Source of the DNA: Clostridia bacterium
GTDB lineage: Bacteria > Bacillota > Clostridia > Christensenellales > CAG-138
Direction of reading: 5' to 3'
Assembly: GCA_017428025.1 (NCBI GenBank)
Contig: JAFRRO010000065.1
Span: 2,621 to 66,620 of the forward strand
DNA: 64,000 nt
The position numbers and the translations under genes were made by a program. Each line of letters starts with the position of its first letter. Position 1 is the first letter of the stretch. This document shows, in pieces, positions 39,218-48,394 of the stretch. The notes under the pieces were generated by a model. The model was not told where the DNA came from. It saw only the letters and a program-made list of their open reading frames with translations, and did not search any database.

Positions 39218-40755
39218 TCGGCACGATCCTTGACCGCAAATACCGCATCGTCGAGCTGATCGGCTCCGGCGGCATGGCGCAGGTCTACAAAGCGATCAAT
39301 ATGAGCAACCGCCGCTACGTCGCGGTGAAGATGCTCAAAGAGGAATACAAGAACGACGCGGAGTTCCTGCGAAGGTTTCAGCGCGAAGCAAGCGCGATCC
39401 TGAACCTCTCGCACGAGAACATCGTCCGCGCCTACGGCGTCGGAACGTACAACGATCTGCCCTACCTCGTCATGGAATACGTCGAGGGGCGCACGCTCAA
39501 GGACCTGATCGGATCGAACGGCGCGCTGCCGGTGCGCACCGCAATCGGCATCACCTGCCAGATTCTGGACGCGCTTTCCGCCGCGCATGCGCACGGCATC
39601 ATCCACCGCGACGTCAAGCCGCAGAACGTGATCGTGACCGACAAGGGCCGCGTGAAGCTCGCGGACTTCGGCATCGCGCGCGAGGTCAAGGCGACGACCG
39701 TGACGTTCTCCGGGCAAAAGGTGCTCGGTTCGGTGCATTACATCTCGCCCGAACAGGCGAAGGGCACGATCGCGCACGAGGAGAGCGACCTCTATTCGGT
39801 CGGCGTCTGTCTCTATGAAATGCTGACCGGTTCGGTCCCGTTCGATTCGGATTCGACCGTCACCGTCGCGCTGATGCACCTGCAGGATAAGCCGGTGCCG
39901 CCGATCGAGAAGAATCCCGAGATCCCGACCGTGCTCAACGACATCGTTCTGAAAGCGCTCGAAAAGGAACCGGAGGACCGCTACCGCACCGCGCGCGAGA
40001 TGCGGACCGATCTCGTCCGCTCGCTGTCCGATCCGAACGGCACGTTCGTGCACGATCCCGACAGCAAACAGAAGGGCACGAGAAAGCGGCCTTCGATCTA
40101 CGCGCTGATCTCGCTCTGCGTCTTTCTGCCGATCCTTCTCATCGGCATCTTTGTGCTGATCTATCTGACCTCCTGCCGCGCGGAAACGCCGCGCATCCCG
40201 GAGGCGGACGAAACGGACGCGCGTCCGCAGATCACGGCGACCGCGGCGCCGGAAGCGACGCCGGAACCGACCGTAGCGCCGGACCACGTCCGCACGCTTC
40301 CGAGCGTGATGGGCACGCAGCTCGACGACGCGCTGCGCACGCTTTACGAAGCCGGTTTCACGGACCTGACCGTGGAGTTTGTGACCGAATCGAGCCTTGC
40401 GCGGAGCAACAACGTCGTGATCCGGCAAAGCCCGTCGTCCTATACGTCGCTCGATCCGAAAACGCCGGTCCGGCTGACCGTGTACCGCGCTTCGCTCGGC
40501 AACTGCAAGGCGGATGTTTCGTTCTCGGTGCAGCTTCCGCAGGGCGAATCGACGGTCGAGATCGCGTACGACGCCGTCAACTACGAGAACATTCCGTACC
40601 GCGTGATCCTCTATTCGACCACGCGCGCCTACGAGAGCGAAATGACGGTCTTCTCCCCCACGATCTACGGCTACGAGCCGGTGACGCGCTCGGTGATCCT
40701 GCTCGTCAACGGCGAAACGGCGGCGTCGCAGCCCGTCACATTTACGGCAAAATGA
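39214..40755 (+). CDS. prkC: Ser/Thr protein kinase, PrkC/PknB-type, single PASTA repeat
   Basis: GSGGMAQVYKA, HRDVKPQN, DFGIA. One TM segment (IYALISLCVFLPILLIGIFVLIYL). One PASTA-like repeat plus a beta-rich C-terminus. Confidence 0.9.
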   Translation: MIGTILDRKYRIVELIGSGGMAQVYKAINMSNRRYVAVKMLKEEYKNDAEFLRRFQREASAILNLSHENIVRAYGVGTYNDLPYLVMEYVEGRTLKDLIGSNGALPVRTAIGITCQILDALSAAHAHGIIHRDVKPQNVIVTDKGRVKLADFGIAREVKATTVTFSGQKVLGSVHYISPEQAKGTIAHEESDLYSVGVCLYEMLTGSVPFDSDSTVTVALMHLQDKPVPPIEKNPEIPTVLNDIVLKALEKEPEDRYRTAREMRTDLVRSLSDPNGTFVHDPDSKQKGTRKRPSIYALISLCVFLPILLIGIFVLIYLTSCRAETPRIPEADETDARPQITATAAPEATPEPTVAPDHVRTLPSVMGTQLDDALRTLYEAGFTDLTVEFVTESSLARSNNVVIRQSPSSYTSLDPKTPVRLTVYRASLGNCKADVSFSVQLPQGESTVEIAYDAVNYENIPYRVILYSTTRAYESEMTVFSPTIYGYEPVTRSVILLVNGETAASQPVTFTAK

Positions 40756-41627
40756 CGGAATACGGACTGCTGCTCAAAGGAATAGGAAGCTTCTACGAGG
40801 TCCTGACCGACGCGGGCGATTCCGTGACGTGCAAGGCGAAGGGCGCGTTCCGCAGGGAAGGTCTCGTCCCGACCGTCGGCGACCGCGTCGGCATCGAACG
40901 GCAGGACAGCGGCTACGCAAAGCTTGCGGAGATTCTGCCGCGCAAAAACCTCTCGGTCCGCCCCGCCGTGGCGAACATCGATCAGCTTTTGATCGTGGTT
41001 TCCGCCTCCGCGCCCGCGCCGGACTGGATGCTGGTCGACCGGCTGATCATCGCGGCGATGCGCATGCAGGTCAAGCCGGTGCCGGTGCTCAACAAGATCG
41101 ACACGGCTTCCGACGCGGTGCTGGAAACCTTCCTGCGCGAATACCATGCGTTCGACACGCTGACCGTCAGCGCCGAGACCGGCGAAGGGCTCGACGCGCT
41201 GCGCGAAACGCTCACCGGAAAGGTCAGCTGCTTTGCGGGACAGTCCGCGGTCGGAAAATCGTCGCTTCTGAACGCGCTGTTTCCCGAACTGCACCTCGAA
41301 ACCGGCGGGCTCTCCGAAAAGACCGAGCGCGGGCGGCATACGACGCGCCACGCCGAGCTCTGGCCGTACGCGGGCGGCGCGGTGCTCGACACGCCGGGGT
41401 TCTCGCTGTTTGAGACGGAGGTGCTCGAACAGGAGGAACTCGACGCCTGCTATCCCGAATTTCAAAGCGCGTTCCCCTGCCGCTTCCCCGGCTGCATGCA
41501 TGTGAGCGAACCGGACTGCGGCGTAAGGCCGCTGCTCGCTTCGGGCGAGCTGACCGAAGAACGCTACGAACGATACATCGAAATTGCAAAGGATTATCAG
41601 CAAAGGAGAAAACACCGCTATGATTAA
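40752..41627 (+). CDS. rsgA: ribosome small-subunit-dependent GTPase A
   Basis: NKID, AGQSAVGKSSLLNAL, zinc motif CRFPGCMHVSEPDC. Confidence 0.9.
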   Translation: MTEYGLLLKGIGSFYEVLTDAGDSVTCKAKGAFRREGLVPTVGDRVGIERQDSGYAKLAEILPRKNLSVRPAVANIDQLLIVVSASAPAPDWMLVDRLIIAAMRMQVKPVPVLNKIDTASDAVLETFLREYHAFDTLTVSAETGEGLDALRETLTGKVSCFAGQSAVGKSSLLNALFPELHLETGGLSEKTERGRHTTRHAELWPYAGGAVLDTPGFSLFETEVLEQEELDACYPEFQSAFPCRFPGCMHVSEPDCGVRPLLASGELTEERYERYIEIAKDYQQRRKHRYD

Positions 41628-42267
41628 GATTGCACCGTCGATTCTGTCCGCCGACTTTGCCGCAATGGGCAAGGCCGTAGAGGCGCTCAAAGAGCAGGGC
41701 GCCGACTGGGTTCACTTTGACGTCATGGACGGCAACTTCGTGCCGAACATCACCTTCGGTCCCGGCATGTGCAAGGCGATCCGTCCGCTGACCGATCTGC
41801 CGATCGACGTGCATCTCATGGTCGAGCATCCGTCGGACTGGATCGAGCCGTTCCGTTCGGCGGGCGCGGATATTCTCACGATCCACGTCGAAAGCGCCGA
41901 GCGCCATCTGCACCGCGCGCTGCAGGCGATCCGTGCCGCGGGTATGAAGGCGGGCGTCGTGCTGAATCCCGCGACGCCGATCTGCACCTGCGTGCATCTG
42001 CTTTCCGAGTGCGATCTCGTGCTGTTGATGAGCGTCAACCCCGGCTTCGGCGGGCAGTCATTCATCCCGGAAACGCTCTCAAAGATCCGCGCGCTCAAAG
42101 CCGAGATCGCGGCAAGAAACCTCCCGACGCTGATCGAGATCGACGGCGGCGTGAATCCCGACACCGCAAAGCTGTGCATCGAGGCGGGCGCGGACGTGCT
42201 CGTCGCGGGCAGCGCGGTGTTCAAGGCCCCCGATCCCAAGGCGATGATCGCGGCGCTTCGCGGATGA
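41620..42267 (+). CDS. rpe: ribulose-phosphate 3-epimerase
   Basis: Start at ATG 41620 (MIKIAPSILSADFA). Blocks HFDVMDGNFVPN and MSVNPGFGGQ. Confidence 0.95.
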   Translation: MIKIAPSILSADFAAMGKAVEALKEQGADWVHFDVMDGNFVPNITFGPGMCKAIRPLTDLPIDVHLMVEHPSDWIEPFRSAGADILTIHVESAERHLHRALQAIRAAGMKAGVVLNPATPICTCVHLLSECDLVLLMSVNPGFGGQSFIPETLSKIRALKAEIAARNLPTLIEIDGGVNPDTAKLCIEAGADVLVAGSAVFKAPDPKAMIAALRG

Positions 42268-42338
42268 CACCCCTCCCGTCAGCCTGCGGCTGATCGCGGC
42301 GCTTCGGGCATGATAACCCTCCCGTCAGCCTGCGGCTG
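42247..42338 (+). repeat. 46-bp tandem duplication spanning the rpe stop codon
   Basis: 42247-42292 and 42293-42338 align end to end with about 5 mismatches. Each carries ATCGCGGCGCTTCG...CCCTCCCGTCAGCCTGCGGCTG. Confidence 0.9.
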
Positions 42339-42356
42339 CCATATTCCATGTATGTT

Positions 42357-42442
42357 GTCATCCTGAACGAAGTGAAGGATCTCAGAGCGGAAAAGCATTC
42401 CGGCGTTCGGAGATTCTTCGTCGCTTTGCTCCTCAGAATGAC
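42357..42442. repeat. REP/MITE-like imperfect palindrome (GTCATYCTGA...GAAGRATCTC family), copy 1
   Basis: Left arm is GTCATCCTGAACGAAGTGAAGGATCTC. Right arm is GAGATTCTTCGTCGCTTTGCTCCTCAGAATGAC. A related copy lies at 57029-57116. Confidence 0.8.
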
Positions 42443-42506
42443 AAGAGAAAAGCACTCCTCAGAATGACAAGAGGAAAGCGCTCCTCAGAACGAAAAGAGG
42501 AAAACA
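42429..42506 (+). repeat. 26-bp tandem repeat, 3 units, amplifying the right end of the palindrome
   Basis: CTCCTCAGAATGACAAGAGAAAAGCA, CTCCTCAGAATGACAAGAGGAAAGCG, CTCCTCAGAACGAAAAGAGGAAAACA. Confidence 0.85.
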
Positions 42507-42531
42507 CGCCTCCGTATAACTTTTTACCACG

Positions 42532-42560
42532 AAAAAAGCCTCCCTGCGGAGGCTTTTTTG
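42532..42560. terminator. bidirectional terminator between rpe and murC
   Basis: AAAAAAGCCTCC-ctgc-GGAGGCTTTTTT. Confidence 0.85.
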
Positions 42561-42569
42561 ATACATACG

Positions 42570-43933
42570 TTACAGCAGCTTTTGCGACTGGCGATAGACG
42601 TCGCCGGAACCGACCGTGATGACGATGTCTCCGGGCTCGGCGTGTTCGTCGAGGTACGCGGCGATGTTTTCGAACGTGCCGAGATACTGCGCGTTGTGCG
42701 TCTTTGCATTGATGCCCGCAACCATGTCGCGCGCGTGGACGATGCCGGTGTCGACCTCGCGGCCCGGATAGATATCGGGAACCAGCACTTCGTCGGCATC
42801 CGCAAAGCAGGTGACGTTTTCGCAGAACAGCGTGCGCGCGCGGGTGTAGCTGTTGCACTGGAACACGCAGAAGATGCGGTTGTGCGGCACGTGCGTCGCC
42901 GCGGCGAGCGTTTCTTTGATCTCGTTCGGATGGTGACCGTAGTCGTGGAACACCTTGACGCCGTTCTTTTCGCCAAGAAGCTCGAACCGGCGGCTCGTGT
43001 TGCGGAAGTGCGCCATCGCCTCGGCATAATGCGCAAAGTCTACGCCGTACTGCTTGGCGGCCGCCCACGTCGCGATCGCGTTGATGACGTTGTGCCGTCC
43101 CGGGACGTGCAGCTGCACGCGGCCTATTCTTTCGCCGTGATCATAGAGATCGAACGAGGGCGAGCCGAGCGCGTCATAGGCGATCGCATCGGCGTGATAG
43201 TCGCCGTTTTTGAGCCCGTAGGTCTCTACGTTCGTCCCGAGCTCCGGCAAAAGATCGCGCACATAGGCGTCGTCGGTGCAGCAAAGCACCTTTCCGGTCT
43301 CCGGAACGAGCGCGATGAAGCGGCGGAACGCGTCGATGATGTGCTCGATATCGCCGTAATAATCCAGATGTCATTGTCGATGTTGTTGATGATCGCAACG
43401 GTCGGCTTCAGCGTCAGAAAGCTTTCGACGTACTCGCACGCCTCGGTGATAAAGAGGTCGCTCCTGCCGAGCCGCACGCCGCCGCCCAGAAGGTCCATGA
43501 ACCCGCCGACATGCACCGTCGCGTCGAGGTTCGCTTCCTCGTTGACAAACGCAAGCATCGAGGTGATCGTCGTCTTGCCGTGGCAGCCCGCGACCGCGAC
43601 GACCTCATGGAACCGCGCGGACAGCTGACCGAGCGCAACGCTGCGTTCGAGCTCCGGGATGCCGTGTTCGCGTCCGTAGGCGCGTTCCGGATTGTCCGGC
43701 TTGATCGCCGCCGAATAGATGATCAGATCGGCGTCCTTCGCCTGCTCCGCGCTGTGTCCGTAATAGACGGTGATGCCGTCCTCCTCCACGCGATCGGTAA
43801 ACTGCGTGTGCCCGCGATCGCTTCCCGAGACCGTGTGCCCCTGCGCCTTCAGGATGCGCGCGATGCCGCTCATGCTGCATCCGCCGATGCCGATCAGGTG
43901 GATGCGTTTTGCTTCGTCCAACGATGCTGCCAT
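42570..43933 (-). pseudogene. murC: UDP-N-acetylmuramate--L-alanine ligase, reading frame broken by a 1-nt deletion (or assembly error)
   Basis: The N-terminal ORF 43226-43933 (IHLIGIGGCSMSGIA, AGCHGKTTITSM) reads ...NIDNDIWIIT. The C-terminal ORF 42570-43289 continues the MurC sequence in another frame (HLDYYGDIEHIIDAFRRF...). One extra base between 43380 and 43381 restores NIDNDHLDYYGD. Confidence 0.85.
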
Positions 43934-44201
43934 TTGTTTCCCTTCCCCCGTGCCTTCATCCGCATTATTATACGCGAAAGCTGTCGAAAATGCAACCGTT
44001 CCGGTCAGTCTGTCGAAAAACTTTCGGCAGACTGGTTTTCAGCGTCCGCCTATGCATCAAAGATGCACCGGGCGGCGAACGTTGCAAGGTGTCAAATGCA
44101 CCGCACATGTCGCTGCATTTGACGATTGATAGCCTACCGTTCTTCCTCCGTAACGCTCGTGCATGCGTCTGCAACGCACTTGACACCGACGGTATTCTTG
44201 C

Positions 44202-44537
44202 TCAGTTGTCCCATTTCAGCGTTTTGCCGCCGATGAGATGCAGATGCAGATGCGGCACGCTCTGTCCCGCGTCCGCGCCGATGTTCGTGATGAGCCGATA
44301 GCCGGTCTTGTCGAGCCCGTTTTCCTCGGCGATCCGTCTTGCGACCTCGAACATATGCCCGAGCAGCGCGTCGTCTTCGCGCTTGAGATGCTGCGCGCTT
44401 TCGATGTGGGTTTTCGGAATCACCAGAATGTGCACCGGCGCCTGCGGCGCGATGTCGTGGAACGCGTAGACCGTTTCGTCCTCGTACGCCTTCTTCGAGG
44501 GGATCTCTCCCGCTGCAATCTTACAGAATAAACACAT
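44202..44537 (-). CDS. HIT-family (histidine triad) nucleotide hydrolase
   Basis: 111 aa: MCLFCKIAAGEIPS..., HLHLHLIGG. Confidence 0.9.
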   Translation of the reverse strand: MCLFCKIAAGEIPSKKAYEDETVYAFHDIAPQAPVHILVIPKTHIESAQHLKREDDALLGHMFEVARRIAEENGLDKTGYRLITNIGADAGQSVPHLHLHLIGGKTLKWDN

Positions 44538-44550
44538 GCCTTTTTACCTC

Positions 44551-45816
44551 CTATATGATCGTTCCGATCGCGGTCGTTCCCTCCCGCGATACCAGTTTTG
44601 CCCGTACCGTCTCGCCGCATACGCCGTCGCAGCGGACGCGCACGTAATTGCCCGTATAGCCCGTGCCGTCGTCCTCCATGATGACGGTGACCGTTTCGCC
44701 GATCATGCCGTCGATGAACGCCTTCTCCGTCGCGTCGCCGATCGCAATGAGCTCCCTTGCCCGCGCCTCCTTGACCGCGCGGGTGAGATGCCCCTCCATC
44801 GCGTCCGCCTTCGTGCCCTTCCTTCTGGAATACGGAAACACGTGGATGCGCGCAAAGCCGATCTCTTTGAGGAACGCCTTGGTTTCCTCATGCTCCGCTT
44901 CCGTCTCGCCGACAAAGCCCGCAATGACGTCCGTGGTGATCGCGGCGTCCGGCATGCATGCGCGGATGCGATCGACCGCATCCCGGTATTCCGCGGTCGT
45001 GTAGCGGCGGTTCATGCGGCGCAGAACCGAATCCGAACCGCTTTGCAGCGCCAGATGGAACTGCCGGCACAGCGTGCGGCTGTTCTGCGCGACCTTCAGA
45101 AACCGGTCGGTGATCACGCGCGGCTCCAGCGAACCGAGGCGCAGCCGTTCGATGCCCTCGATCCCGTCCGCAAGCGCGATGAGATCGGAAAGCTCGGGCT
45201 TGTCCTCAAGGTCGATCCCGTACAGCGACAGCTGAATGCCGGTCAGGACCACCTCGCGATAACCGTTTTTCGCAAGCGTTTCGAGCTCGCGCTTTGTGCT
45301 TTCGAGCGTGCGCGAGCGCAGCGCGCCGCGGGCGAACGGAATGATGCAGTAGCTGCAGAAGCTGTTGCACCCGTCCTGCACCTTAAGCGTCGCACGGGTG
45401 CGCGAATCGTGCTGCGCGGAAAGCTCCTCAAAGGTCCTGCGCGCAAAGGGTTCCGGCTGTTTTGGGATCAGCTTTTCGTGCGTCGCGCGTTCGACATAGC
45501 GCACGATGTCCTTCCGTCCGTCGGTGCCGAGCACGAGCGATACGCCGTCTAACTTCGCAACCGATTCGCGCGCAACCTCGGCGTAGCAGCCGACCGCGGC
45601 GATCACGGCAGACGGATTTCTGCGGTGCGCCTGCGAGATGATCTGGCGCGATTTCTTGTCGCCGATCTGCGTCACCGTGCAGGTGTTGACGACGTAGGCG
45701 TCCGCTTCGTCCTCGAACGGCACGACCTCGTGCCCCGCCGCGCGGAACAGCTCCTCCATCGCCTGCGTTTCGTAATGGTTGACCTTGCAGCCGAGCGTGT
45801 AGAATGCGACTTTCAC
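44551..45816 (-). CDS. mtaB: tRNA threonylcarbamoyladenosine methylthiotransferase (MiaB-like, radical SAM)
   Basis: GTG start at 45816 (VKVAFYTLGCKVNHYE), overlapping the rsmE stop as GTGA, after GAGGTGGAG. Radical SAM motif CNSFCSYC. C-terminal TRAM-like region. Confidence 0.85.
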   Translation of the reverse strand: MKVAFYTLGCKVNHYETQAMEELFRAAGHEVVPFEDEADAYVVNTCTVTQIGDKKSRQIISQAHRRNPSAVIAAVGCYAEVARESVAKLDGVSLVLGTDGRKDIVRYVERATHEKLIPKQPEPFARRTFEELSAQHDSRTRATLKVQDGCNSFCSYCIIPFARGALRSRTLESTKRELETLAKNGYREVVLTGIQLSLYGIDLEDKPELSDLIALADGIEGIERLRLGSLEPRVITDRFLKVAQNSRTLCRQFHLALQSGSDSVLRRMNRRYTTAEYRDAVDRIRACMPDAAITTDVIAGFVGETEAEHEETKAFLKEIGFARIHVFPYSRRKGTKADAMEGHLTRAVKEARARELIAIGDATEKAFIDGMIGETVTVIMEDDGTGYTGNYVRVRCDGVCGETVRAKLVSREGTTAIGTII

Positions 45817-46529
45817 GGCTCCACCTCGTACATGATCTGCGCGAGCATCGCCATGCCCGCCGTCTCGGTGCGCAGGATCCGCGTGCCGAGCGATACGGAG
45901 ACCGCGCCTTTTGCGGTCAGAACGGCGATCTCGTCCTCCGAAAAGCCGCCCTCGGGACCGACGATCACCGCAAGCTTCCGGCACGGATGCGCGCGAAGCG
46001 CCTGTTTCAGCGAAACCGTGCGTTCGTTTTCGTAGGCGACCAGAACGGTGTCGAATGCGGAAAAATCGAGCCTGTTCAGCGATTCGGGCAGGGCGACCTC
46101 GGGGATTCTGCCGCGCTTCGACTGTTTGGCGGCTTCCTCGCTCACGCGCTGCCAGCGCTCGACGCGTCCTTCGTACGGCGGTTTCAGCACGACCACGCAG
46201 CGCTCCGACTGCACCGGCACAAAGCGCGCCGCGCCGAGCTCGACGCATTTCTGGATGATCGTCTCCATCTTTCCGGCTTTCGGCAGGCACTGAAACAGCG
46301 TAACCGAAACGTCCGGCTCGCTCTTCGCCCCGGTCCACGGCTGCGTCCGGAACGTCACGGAATCCGGCGCGACCGATTCGATCACGGCCTCGCATTCGCT
46401 GCCCCGTCCGTCGCAAAGCTGCACGGCGTCGCCCGCCTTGAGCCGCAGCACGCGGGAAATATGCTTCACGTCCTCGCCGCGCACGACGGCGGTCCGTTCT
46501 CGTATTTCGTTGGTAAAGAATCGATGCAT
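45813..46529 (-). CDS. rsmE: 16S rRNA (uracil1498-N3)-methyltransferase
   Basis: MHRFFTNEI..., C-terminal GPEGGFSEDE...LGTRILRTETA. Confidence 0.9.
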   Translation of the reverse strand: MHRFFTNEIRERTAVVRGEDVKHISRVLRLKAGDAVQLCDGRGSECEAVIESVAPDSVTFRTQPWTGAKSEPDVSVTLFQCLPKAGKMETIIQKCVELGAARFVPVQSERCVVVLKPPYEGRVERWQRVSEEAAKQSKRGRIPEVALPESLNRLDFSAFDTVLVAYENERTVSLKQALRAHPCRKLAVIVGPEGGFSEDEIAVLTAKGAVSVSLGTRILRTETAGMAMLAQIMYEVEP

Positions 46530-46530
46530 G

Positions 46531-47487
46531 TTATCTGCAAAGGAAGGCGTTCCAGCCCTCCGCCCCGCTGTGTTCTTCCGCCGTAAAACCGGCGTCGTTC
46601 AGCGCCCGCACAACCTCGTCCGCGCGCTCGTCGATGATGCCGGAAACGAGGAACACGCCGCCTTTCGCAACCAGCGGCCGCGCGATCGGCGCCAGCGCGA
46701 TGATGACGTCCGCCACGATGTTCGCCGCCACGACCGGGTATTGCCCCGCGATCTTCTTTTGCAGCCGCGTGTCGGAAAGGACGTTTCCGATCAGCACGTG
46801 ATAGCCGTCCCGCCCGATGCCGTTCATTTCGGCGTTCTCATAGGCGATCGACTCCGCGATCGGATCGATGTCCACCGCCGTCGCTTCGACTGCGCCCAAA
46901 AGCCTTGCCGTAATCGAAAGGATGCCGCTGCCGCAGCCGAGGTCGAGCATCGTATCGCCCGCCTTTACGGTCTTTTCGAGAAATTCGAGGCACATGCGCG
47001 TCGTGTGGTGCGCGCCGGTGCCGAACGCCATGCCGGGATCGAGCTTCAGCACGATGCGGTCCGTCTCGGGCTTCTCCTCCCACGAGGGCAGAACGAGCAG
47101 GCGCGAGCCGATCTCCAGAGGCTTATAATATTTCTTCCAGTTGTTCGCCCAGTCCTCCTCGTCGACCGAAACGACGGTCATGAGAAGCGAGCCGAGATCG
47201 ACCGGAAGATCGAGCGTTTTAAGTCGTTCGACCGCCGCCTTCGCGGCCTCGACGACCGGCAGATTCTCCGGACAGTCGGCGACATAGCCCTTGACGCAGG
47301 GCGTGTCGGTGCCGATCTTCTCCCGGTCCGCAAAGTCCCAGTAAAGCGCCGCCTCCTGCAGGAAGGCGTACGCCTTTTCGTGGCTCTCCTCGATCGAAAG
47401 CCCAGTGATGCCCGCGCCGTTCAGGGCGGCGCAGACGGCGTCGATGCCCGCATCGGTCGTATAGACCGTCAGTTCCAGCCATTTCAT
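46531..47487 (-). CDS. prmA: ribosomal protein L11 methyltransferase
   Basis: MKWLELTVYT..., PGMAFGTGAHHTT, DLGCGSGILS. Confidence 0.9.
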   Translation of the reverse strand: MKWLELTVYTTDAGIDAVCAALNGAGITGLSIEESHEKAYAFLQEAALYWDFADREKIGTDTPCVKGYVADCPENLPVVEAAKAAVERLKTLDLPVDLGSLLMTVVSVDEEDWANNWKKYYKPLEIGSRLLVLPSWEEKPETDRIVLKLDPGMAFGTGAHHTTRMCLEFLEKTVKAGDTMLDLGCGSGILSITARLLGAVEATAVDIDPIAESIAYENAEMNGIGRDGYHVLIGNVLSDTRLQKKIAGQYPVVAANIVADVIIALAPIARPLVAKGGVFLVSGIIDERADEVVRALNDAGFTAEEHSGAEGWNAFLCR

Positions 47488-47522
47488 ATGCCAATACTCC
47501 TGTGCTTGTTCGGTTCAGTATA

Positions 47523-48254
47523 TCATATCCGCGGTTCCGTTACAAGGTCCATATACCGTGCGATCAGCGGAATCAGCGCGTCCGCCGCCTCCGGCGCGTA
47601 GCGCGGCGAAAGGGCAAGGTTCATGCACGAGAACGGCTCGTCCGCCGTATAGGAGAACGGATCGTCGAACACGGAAAGCGGGATCTCCGGCTCCCTGCCG
47701 TACTGCGCCTCAAAGAGACCGGACACATAGGAGCGCAGGCGGATCGGTCGGAAGCCGTGCTTTGCGCGCTCGCAGAACGGCGGCAGATCGGGACGCGAAA
47801 ACGGATCGCGCACGAGCGTGAGCGAATCGATCCAGCGGAACGCGAGCGCGAACAGCAGATAGTTCGCTTCGTCGAGCTGCCTGTTTGCATAATAGCGCTC
47901 GAACCGGTCGCGCGTCTTCGGATGCACGCCCAGAACGCCGTTCAGCACGATGCCGGGACCGGGTTTCCCGATGCCGAGATCTGCGTGCGCGTCGACGTGC
48001 ACGACCGAGAACGGACGCTTCAGCAGCCCTTTTTCCATGCGCGATCTCCAGAACGCAAGCGCGCCGTCGTGCGTTTCGGTGACGATACCCGGAACCGGAT
48101 GATTGCGGTCGAGCCCGAGATGCGTTTCGAGATAGTCCGCGACGGCGGCTTCGTCCCACGGCTTCGCGCAGTCCGAAGATGGACGCTCCCCCGGCTTTGC
48201 GAGCGGGCAGCAGTCGCTGAGAAAGAAATCCAAATCGAGATCCAAAACCTTCAT
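47523..48254 (-). CDS. hypothetical protein (possibly UPF0489 family)
   Basis: 243 aa: MKVLDLDLDFFL..., HVDAHADLG. The family name is recalled, not verified. Confidence 0.55.
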   Translation of the reverse strand: MKVLDLDLDFFLSDCCPLAKPGERPSSDCAKPWDEAAVADYLETHLGLDRNHPVPGIVTETHDGALAFWRSRMEKGLLKRPFSVVHVDAHADLGIGKPGPGIVLNGVLGVHPKTRDRFERYYANRQLDEANYLLFALAFRWIDSLTLVRDPFSRPDLPPFCERAKHGFRPIRLRSYVSGLFEAQYGREPEIPLSVFDDPFSYTADEPFSCMNLALSPRYAPEAADALIPLIARYMDLVTEPRI

Positions 48255-48394
48255 GCGTCTATTTTAGCCGCGTTTCGAGGGAAAAACAAGAAATTTTCGG
48301 CAAATGAGCCCGGTTTGTTCTTTAAAATAATACATTTTTGTTACATTTCGATGTTAAAATTTTCAAAACAGACAAGAATGCGGCGGAAAAGTTG

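Noticed and set aside
42429-42506. Possible mini CRISPR array (26-bp units, 3 copies)
   Set aside because: The units are directly adjacent without spacers, they are degenerate, and they are derived from the arm of the neighbouring palindrome. No cas genes are in the window.
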